Assembly (NCBI GenBank): GCA_002633005.1
Contig: NMRA01000089.1
Coordinates: forward strand, 855,895-919,894
Direction: 5' to 3'
Length of the DNA stretch: 64,000 nucleotides
Origin: Phoronis australis
Taxonomy: Eukaryota; Animalia; Phoronida
Shown piece by piece: positions 1-8,268 of the stretch. Made by a program: the position numbers and the translations under genes. The notes below the pieces were generated by a model that was not told where the DNA came from, searched no databases, and worked only from the letters and a program-made list of their open reading frames with translations. Position 1 is the stretch's first letter. Each line of letters opens with the position of its first letter.

Positions 1-3000
1 TCAATAGCTGTAATAGCTGGCTTGTTTTTCACTGGCTCACCTCCTTTGAAAGGAAAAGTCAAATACTGGACAAGCAAGAAAATTTCAGTGTTTCACTTAA
101 ATTTTCTGTATTTTGTTACCTCAACTGGATGTCTCAAAATTTTTATGCTTTTAAGCTGCTGCTAAGTTTTTTAAGTGCAGTACAAAGTTTAAGTGATCGG
201 ACAAAATACCGTTTCACTGTCATAACGGGTCATTCTAGAGTGCTATAGTAAAATCCCTCCAACATATGATAAAAATAATTGCCAAAGTCAACTTTTTCAT
301 TTTTCAAAGACTCACAACATTATTGGTAAATGTGAATGTGAATGCCCACATTTTCACGCTGTCTGACGGTAGCTATGACAACGACATATAAGTGAAGACT
401 TATATTTCTCTTTTAAGAAAAAATCATAAATTCACTTGTCTGCCATGTTGTATGCTAAATTAACAAGATTAATCACACTCTTGTTTGTGCATACACTTAG
501 CCATCAGGATTGGGAATTATTTCCCTTGCACTCAGCCATTACAATGCAATTTCAGGTCGTTTTGTCTGATTATTTTTGACAAATCCTGTACAAGTTTTCG
601 AATTCAAAAGTTGGTGTTTTTGACATACCGCTATATGGTCCTACATGGTGTTTTAAAGCGAACATCTTAACTGTTTTTCACTAATTGCAGATATTCAAAT
701 TAGTTACCCTGGGGAGGGCTTTTGAGTCGCAACAGGTGTAGCCGTTTTCAAAACAAACTGTGCAACTTCAAATTTTGAATGACAAAGTTTCCTTGCACAA
801 AACTGCGATTAAGTATATGCATTTCTTTTCTGTGACGGCAAAATCTTGACAGGTTTTGCTCCACACACTTTGTTGAAATCGCGAGAACTTCCTGTGCAAA
901 GCCATTTACATATATAATCAGCAGCTAGGCTTAAGTAACATCACATTAAATCACTCTGACTAGATTTTGACAAAAATGTCATTTTTGTTATAAAAGTTCA
1001 AATTAACTGCCGAAAAATTCTTGCAAGGGTTTCATCGTAGTTTGACAGAACCTGTCTGAATTTTGTCGTGAGTCTGCCTTGTTTATTTTGAAAACTTTTG
1101 TTACAAATGCAGGGTATTCACAGGATGTCATGACCAAACAAACATTCCACAGGTCTTCCAAATCTCTCATAGCAAAGTTAACTGGAGCAGTTTTACCTAC
1201 AGATACAGGCATCGTGACTGAGAAAGGGAATTTTTCTGAAATGAGCGACAACGCTAAATTAAACCCCATAGCTCTGCAATTGCATCTTAATAATCTGCCG
1301 CTACACCAAATCCCACGCACTAAACTGTAAAGTATTTCAAGCGTATTTAAGTTGTAAACACACCTTGATTTCAATGAACGTCTATTGGACAATAACAAGA
1401 ATTGGTGATTTCTAATAAAATCACAAAACAACGGATTTTGTTGTTTGTAGGTATTGCCAAAGCTAATTTCTTCAAGTATCCCATCCTACAGTAGTCTTAA
1501 AAATGCATAACTGTATGAAACCGAATAGTGTCCCTTTAATTCGCCACTCTGTGATGAATAGTTGACATAGACAAGTGTTGTAATACGATAATGTGATTGA
1601 CTTTTTACTCAGTATCGCAGCTAAACTAGTGTACCAAAAGCCAGTCACATAAGTGCTATACTCTTTATGTCCAATCAATTTTGCATAGGCTGCCTGCTGA
1701 TTGCAGGTGTGATATTTCATAGTGTTTCCTTGAAACTTGATCTTCCACATGGATAATCCTAACATTCCTGTTGGCATTAGTGCTGCTCAATGGCTCTCCA
1801 GTTGTTAGATCCAGTCAAAACATATGGTTGAACTTTTCTTTTGAATTTGTATGCTAAACAGTCTTCCTCCAGGCAAACAGCATTCACCTGGTCAGAAGTC
1901 ACTCCTGTCATGGAGGGGACAAGCTTTGAAATGTTACCTAAAACAACAAACAGGTCACAATTCAGTATGGTAGATTGCCTGTGATTTCCTATCTTGGTAT
2001 GTTTGTACAGTCAAGCATCGTTTTGCTGCTTTTCACCTGTTATACAAAGTGATTAAATTTGATCTTGGAATTGTTTTGACTGTCAATGCCACAACAAAGG
2101 CAAACTTTTCTGGTGTTTAGGGCTAATCACAGGTCAATAGGGGTTTAAAGGGTTTAGGCCAATGTGTCATTCAACTCAAATCTCTAATGCAGTCAGGCTG
2201 ATCTCAAAGCTGACCTCACTTTGATTGGCATGTCTGATCAACTGGTTTGAGTGTCTGATATTAAATAGCTAACAGTGTGCTATGATTTGATGTCTGTGAT
2301 TGTTCGTGTATCCACTTATGCAAACAGGTCAGGGGAAATGTTTGTAACGATCTTGATTTGTTTCCCAGATGCCCTGACCTGTAAATAGCCCAGGTCGTAG
2401 TAAACGAAATATAACGCAAGATCTACTCTGTTGGTCAAGGTGTGTTGAGGCGAACACTGGCTGGGAGTCACCTTTCGACTGTCATTGTCATGCTGCTACT
2501 TGGTGAGTTTAATTTTCATTTCTGGCCTTGGTGGGTCATTGTTCAGTGAACACATTTAGGCTGATGAAAGTCTGCATTTGTGTTGCGTATGCTCACAGCT
2601 AGAAGTTGGAGATTGTGTTGTCGGTGTGTGCCCATGACATCAGTGGTCGTGTAACTCTCTGCAGGTCTTGAATACTTGTACCTGTGAGTTGTAAACTTGT
2701 AGTGGACAGAGTTCAAGAAAAAAGCGTGTGCAATACAAACTACTCGATTAACATTGTGGATTTCCCAGGTAAATGTTAATCTTTCTAAATGTGACAGACA
2801 TTCCCAAAAGCAGTCTAAAGAATTATTTTTGACAATGGGAGCAATTGCTTGGTCTTGATTTTTGAAGACTCATTTTATTATCTTTTTGAAAGCTGTAAGG
2901 CATCATTAAAGTTAAACCCATGTGCTTTGTGTCAAAAAACAAATTCTGATTTAGAGGTCACTTACCGTTATAAGATTGATCTCATCTTATTCCCTGCCCA

Positions 3001-3032
3001 GTTTAGAAGTGATCTCTGGGCTCAGAAAGAAC

Positions 3033-3149
3033 TGACAATTCGTTATTTCTTCAAACCAAGCTGATGTCTCTGATCCAATAACATATTGACAGTTCGTTTT
3101 TTCTTCAAACCAAAATGGTCTCTCTGAACCAATAACGTATTGTCAGTTC
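3033..3149. repeat. Degenerate tandem duplication, ~54-bp unit, ~2.2 copies
   Basis: TGACAATTCGTTATTTCTTCAAACCAAGCTGATGTCTCTGATCCAATAACATAT is followed by TGACAGTTCGTTTTTTCTTCAAACCAAAATGGTCTCTCTGAACCAATAACGTAT, then TGTCAGTTC. Confidence 0.8.
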
Positions 3150-3635
3150 TTTCAAAGCCCTGAAGTAAGTTCAAATGTGACCAACAAACAACTTGAGACC
3201 AATTTTACAATAATAAATGGACTTAGTCAAAACCTTTTTTACTGTAAGCGTGCGTTTAGTCTCACTTTAAGGTTAGGTTTCTAATGTAGCTCAATGTTAC
3301 ATGTCTAGTCTTCAGGGCCTTTCATACTAACGTCGACGCGTCGATGGTTTGGGGAGTTGCGGTCAGTATGAACGCTTAACTCCGGTACTGGATCGTAGTT
3401 AAGAGCTCCAGTTAACATCGCAGTTAATAGGTTGATTTAAAGTGTAAATTGCAAGGTCTAAGTATGTTAAATTGTAATAATATTTTCAAGATACTGTTAG
3501 TTGGATATATCTTCTTCCAATTATCATGTTATTGTGTCTGTAGTTAAGTTAAAAAGCGAAAATTAAAAAAAAATCCGCGAAAAGTTGACCTTTGACACCG
3601 TGACATGGTGTTGGGGAACACAAACTAGATCAATA

Positions 3636-3650
3636 TCCCACAATGCAGTT
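3636..3650 (+). promoter_or_regulatory. ZNF143/Staf-like motif upstream of the THAP start codon
   Basis: TCCCACAATGCAGTT lies ~65 nt upstream of ATG 3713 and matches the TCCCAnAATGCA consensus; motif match only. Confidence 0.35.
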
Positions 3651-3712
3651 TACCGCCCATACAAAACAGTGGAAGACGAACAAGGAGGGTTCAATCTTGG
3701 CGTGATTTAGAC

Positions 3713-3959
3713 ATGGTACATCGGTGTGTGTGCGCCAACTGTGCTAACACCACCCAGGTTGAAGGCGTGACCCTATTTAGGTTTCCCAAAGACAAGCATC
3801 TGGCCGCGAAATGGCACGTTTTCGTGTGCACTGCTCGTCATTGTAAAATGACTGTCGAGTCGGCCAGTCTGTCGGAGCCGAAATATGCTCCGACCACTTT
3901 GAGGACGGCTGCTTCGACGACAAACATATCATGAAGTTTGAAGCTGGTCTTGTGAAAAG
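3713..3959 (+). pseudogene. Kolobok transposase exon 1, THAP zinc-finger domain, frameshifted
   Basis: MVHRCVCANCANTTQVEGVTLFRFPKDKHLAAKWHVFV has the CxxxxC, FRFP and W THAP hallmarks. After a frameshift at or after the AAAA run (3845-3848) another frame continues ...VGAEICSDHFEDGCFDDKHIMKFEAGLVK (CSxHF). Ends at donor AG|GTAAG (3960). Confidence 0.85.
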
Positions 3960-4480
3960 GTAAGTTATCTTCATAATTTATGGCTTATATCCATGACGCT
4001 TTCTCAGTGCTTGAACTATAACGATCTTTTTTCGCAATCACCATAGTTCTCGCGGTCAACAATTGCTGAGTGTTGCCGGTGGTATTTCTTTGGAATGTTG
4101 CCCAGTAGGCTATTTGTTGATTCAACTGTTCTTGGTGTTGTGTGTGTAGCAGCGCTAGTTGAGCATCATGTTGACCCAATGCAATTTCATTTGCTGATGG
4201 TTCTCAAAGTCAAGTCACGCGAAGTCAGTAAGGATCATTTAGGGTATCATATTTTTGAGAATCATTGTCTTCAGCCAAATTAGAGTGGAGATATACACCT
4301 GGTACTATGGGGAGAGCAGCACTTGGGGGGACAATACCATCAGCCCCCTATGGTGCACACCGCCCATGCCGATGGGCGGCCCAGCTCTGAAGTAACTACA
4401 TACATGTACTATAGCCCTGTTGTAGATGTGCTTCCGGTGAATCATATGAGCCTCTGTTAGCTACTCGCTAATGGGAAATT

Positions 4481-4552
4481 GCCTATTAGCTGAATGGTTA
4501 GCACGCTTGCCGGTTTTATGGGGGTCGTGGGTTCGATTCCTGAGTCGGGTAA
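4481..4552 (+). repeat. tRNA-derived SINE-like head or tRNA pseudogene inside the Kolobok element
   Basis: Pol III A-box TAGCTGAATGG (4487-4497) and B-box GGTTCGATTCC (4530-4540) at tRNA spacing; anticodon arm not clean. Confidence 0.55.
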
Positions 4553-4899
4553 TCTCGGCTATTACTACAGCCCCCCCCCCCCCACCCTACGAGGCTATGG
4601 TGCGCTTCAGAGACCACTGTATTTGAGCATCAGGAGGTTCTTTGTGGGGTTTTGTCAACCAAGTAATAGATGGTGGTGTGCTGACAAAAGTTTGAACTGT
4701 TCTAACGATGGTACTTAAGTTGCACGGTTTTGATTATTAAAGTAACCTGCTTCAAAAATAAAACAGGGTTAACTCTGGTTTTGGCCTTTGCTTGAAGGTT
4801 ATAAAAGTAGGCGAAAACTTGCACTTAGGTGACGTCGTGTTTAACTTAAATCATTGATTCAAAATGATTTTTACTTTAAATTGCAGTTGTGCTTTTCAG

Positions 4900-5081
4900 A
4901 GTATGTGAACGAAGTAAGGAAGAATACGTTACACTTGTTGCGAAATAAAAGAGAAGCCAGTGACCTCGAAATTTGTTTGGAAATTGACGCCCCTCCAATG
5001 CTGAGTGCTGGTGCTCCAGACGTGTCCAAGGAGGAGGCCGTGGCACGGATGAGGAGCCGATATCCAGACAAATTCAATTAG
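4900..5081 (+). pseudogene. Probable terminal exon of the Kolobok transposase
   Basis: Acceptor CTTTTCAG| at 4899, then EYVNEVRKNTLHLLRNKREASDLEICLEIDAPPMLSAGAPDVSKEEAVARMRSRYPDKFN*. The PPxL...KEEAVA..xSR(Y/F) ending resembles C-termini of THAP-DDE Kolobok proteins as I recall them. No DDE-core ORF is visible between 3960 and 4900. Confidence 0.6.
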
Positions 5082-5749
5082 ACTGCTTGTTTTGTCAATG
5101 GACAGTACTGATATTTCTTTCCATCACATACATGACAATGAATGATATTGGGGCACGAAAAGACTGACGACCCACACAGGTACCTTTTCGCCCCCTTACC
5201 GATGCATTATATGGGACGGCAACAGTTTACTGTTAATCAAATAAACCTAAAAGCTATGCCACAATATTTATAGTCATTATATTGAAGTAACATTGAAATG
5301 TTTCAATGTTAGAACATAGTATGTCGCAGGGTTTATACAAAGCGGACAGCCATATGGCACGCTCAAAAGTGTTTCACGATTTCCAATACTGGTACTATAA
5401 ATACTCTAGCATTGCTATCTGTACAGCTTTCAAAAAAAAACCCTTAAAACATTGGTAGTGATGAAAATATACATGGGTCGTCAGTCTTCTCGTGTCTGCC
5501 AATATCATTCAAATTGTACGACAGAATAATCATTTGCACAGAATCCCAACTCTACTGTCTAACATTTTCTTGCGAGTTTTTTTGCGAGTGGTCCAAGCAC
5601 TCTCTCCAGATTTCTCACTTCCTATACATGTGTATAATTTTGTGTGTTTTATACCATGTCATAGACATCTGAAGCTATTGCATACTGTAGCTTTTGGGTG
5701 GAAATTCAGTACTTTGCCACGTCATGGTAGTTAATGTCTTGTTGAATTA

Positions 5750-5887
5750 CAGTAGAACTCGGTAAGTTGGAGCCAGTGAGACAGATATTTCATCGAAGTC
5801 AAAGTTACTTGGAGGCGTTACAGGAATTAATGCATGCTAGCCTTTCTAGTTTCCAATGAAGCACTACCAATGTAACGAGTCCTACTG
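5750..5887. mobile_element. Tc1/mariner-pogo-like MITE (138 bp) nested in the Kolobok element
   Basis: TA|CAGTAGAACTCGGTAAGTTGG ... CCAATGTAACGAGTCCTACTG|TA: imperfect ~21-bp TIRs and a TA TSD. Confidence 0.7.
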
Positions 5888-6382
5888 TATAAGAAGAGGG
5901 CAGGAGATTCAGTCTCTACCTCAGACAATAGTCCAGATTTTTATGTAACAGCAATATTGTTGAATGTGTTCACTTGAAACTCACTAACAACTCCAGTGAG
6001 ACCAATTCCTAAGTAAACCATAACTGATGTTGAGTTTAGAGGTTTATAATGTAGTTCTAGTAACATTACACTTGTCATGACCATGTCACTATAAGTTCCT
6101 GAACATCAATATATGCTACTTTCTTTGTCAATTGTTTACCATTCTGAAAACACAGAAATCCATCATGGAATGCCAACTTCATTTTTGTACCACTGAGATT
6201 GCGCTGTGATTGCATTCGTTTGTTAGGATATTTGTTCTCTCTATGGAACTTGTCACTTATTTCAACTCGTCCAAAGTAGATACTCCCCGAGTCACAAGTT
6301 TTAGTAATAGAGTACTTAGGTAATGAGCTGGAGTTGGCATTCCAGGGATAAGACAACTCGATATATATATACATAAATGAAA

Positions 6383-6791
6383 CTAATAAGAAAACCCTTG
6401 AAACTCAAAGTCCTCCTCATTTCCCGGTGGAGGGTAAAAAGCTCTGATGCAGGCTACTGCGCATGCTGGAATTACAACACGGACAGTTCGTCCTAGGTGA
6501 CCATGCACCCATCTTTGGAACTGTCTGTAGGCTATGTGTCGCATCCTTTTATCAAAGGGTCCGTCATAGCCATCCGGATATTGGCTTTTATACTGCAACC
6601 ATGCAGTCTCCAAAACATCACGATTGATGCACACAGGTTGAAAACTTCCATGGTACACGATACATTTTTTTCTTCCGTTTAAGTTGTCCCTCTTCATTTC
6701 GTCCTCAAGTTTAGCAATAACTTTGTCGACTTCTTGACAACATACTCTTTCTTCAATGACTGCAGTAGTCTGACAGTTGTCACACGTGCAC
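6383..6791 (-). CDS. KolX / P2X7 cytoplasmic ballast-like Zn-binding protein, exon 2 of 2
   Basis: Acceptor ATCTTGCAG|G on - strand. Reads (W)CTCDNCQTTAVIEERVCCQE...KCIVYHGSFQPVCINRDVL...RMRHIAYRQFQRWVHGHLGRTVRVVIPACAVACIRAFYPPPGNEEDFEFQGFSY*. WCxCxxC, ExxCC, RHxAYRxxxxW and IPxCxVxxIRxx(F/Y)P...GF are diagnostic of the P2X7 C-terminal domain family. Confidence 0.9.
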
Positions 6792-7247
6792 CTGCAAGAT
6801 GTGACAATATGTATACATTACTTTAGTAAACATCAAAATGTCGAATTGAAAAAATTACTGATTTACCAAGAGTGTCTCGGCCAAATTAATTGAGGGTTTG
6901 CAATGACCTCAGTTTTCGAGAAGACTGATTGTTGAGCAGCGACCTGTTTAAAACAGAACAAAAATGAAACTAAATTCCAAAAAACAAGCTTTGAAACATC
7001 ACATAAATAGTAAAGATATTTACTTTTCATACAAATGAATACTGCTACACCCAGGGCAGTGGCAGATCATGCCTGGGGGATATATATATAGGAATGGACA
7101 TACTTAGTTTGATTTGCTGACACCTGATTCATTGATGGAGGGGTCTGTTTTGTTAATAATCGTGAATATTACAGTAAACATTTTTAAAAACTTCTCAATA
7201 TCCGATGCCTTCTATACTCTTTAGAAACTTTACCAGACGGTTCCTTC

Positions 7248-7391
7248 CCAAGTCAACTCGCACCCAAGCCATGTACCAATTTTCACAAATAACAGCAACA
7301 TTAGGTACATAGGCATGAAAGCATTGACTTACACAAACTAAACCTGGTTAGAAAAACGTGTGTACATTGCTCTGGGTCCAAGTTGACTTGG
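7248..7391. repeat. Small inverted-repeat element (MITE-like) in the KolX intron
   Basis: CCAAGTCAACTCGCACCCAAG..ATGTAC vs GTACAT..CTGGGTCCAAGTTGACTTGG (imperfect inverted pair); no clear TSD. Confidence 0.45.
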
Positions 7392-7902
7392 CCCTAGAGT
7401 ATGAAAATGAAGTGACCTGTTTTATAACCCATGGAATTCCCTTCAGCCCCCAGGTAAGAAAGTCTAAGTTGCAAAATTGCAATTCTTTTTTCCTCTTGTT
7501 TACACTACACAGTTGAGTATTGGGAGGTGGTTCTCATTATTTCCCATGCATACATTTATTCACTCACTAGTAAGACTGAGCTCAGAGGAGTAGGAGACAA
7601 CTTCGTACAATGCCCAATTGTCTGCCAGTGAAAGCCAGGATTCTAACCCGAGTCTCACAAACAAGAGTCCGGGGCCCAAACCAATGCGCCACTGTCCAAA
7701 AATAATCAAAGACCACACATTGTTGAGTGATTTGCGTAAGTGCAACGAGTCCCATTTTTTATCACTGAAACTGGTACTTATCCACGGCTGAAAAATGATT
7801 CATCAGTGGGGACAAGAGCGCCTGGGAGTGACCGGTAAAGCTACTGAACTTAGACCAAGTAGTAATTTGCGGTAGTATGATGCATATTTATAATATTCTT
7901 AC

Positions 7903-8177
7903 CAGTCACTTACATTCTGTCGCAACTCCTGCGCACCTTCTGCCCGTTGATATTCACTGCACAAACCGGCTGGGGCTGGATCGTCGTCAACCGGAGCAAG
8001 GGGATCGAGGGAAAACGGTTCTACTAGAGAGAAGGTGTGAGCACAAATTGTTCCTATGGGGTCTGTCGCCTCCTCCTCCACATCCGAAACGTCAGAATCG
8101 TCTGAAAACTCCACCTGACCCTCCCTGTATCTTTCAAAATATTCTTCATCTACGCTGCTGTACTCACGGGGATCCAT
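7903..8177 (-). CDS. KolX / P2X7 ballast-like protein, exon 1 of 2 (acidic N-terminus)
   Basis: ATG at 8177; MDPREYSSVDEEYFERY...VEPFSLDP...RQNVSD. Donor TG|GTAAG is phase 2 and joins exon 2 to give W-C-T-C. 275+409 = 684 nt = 227 aa plus stop, with no disruptions. Confidence 0.85.
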
Positions 8178-8227
8178 ATTGTTTTCTTTGTGTTCCCCAA
8201 CACCACGTCACAGATGTGTAACGAAGG

Positions 8228-8268
8228 AAAATGGCGCCGTTTCTATTTTCCGTTACAACAATGGCGTT
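8228..8268 (-). promoter_or_regulatory. YY1-like motifs upstream of the KolX start
   Basis: AAAATGGCG (8228-8236) and CAATGGCG (~8259) in a CpG-richer patch 50-90 nt upstream of the - strand ATG; motif match only. Confidence 0.35.

Noticed and set aside
1-1500. Possible right part of another TTAA-ended DNA element (ends TACAGTAGTCTTAA) and ORF 1003-1431
   Set aside because: No partner terminus in the window and no recognisable protein motif
1780-1938. Minus-strand exon-like stretch after a TTTTAG acceptor
   Set aside because: Short, ends in a stop, no recognisable homology or partner exons
3033-3149. CRISPR-like array
   Set aside because: Eukaryotic context; simple degenerate tandem duplication without unique spacers
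4481-4552. Functional tRNA gene
   Set aside because: Acceptor and anticodon stems pair poorly; only the A/B boxes are convincing
6383-6791. Calling this a P2RX7 purinoceptor gene
   Set aside because: No transmembrane or ectodomain exons; only the ballast-like domain, located inside transposon TIRs
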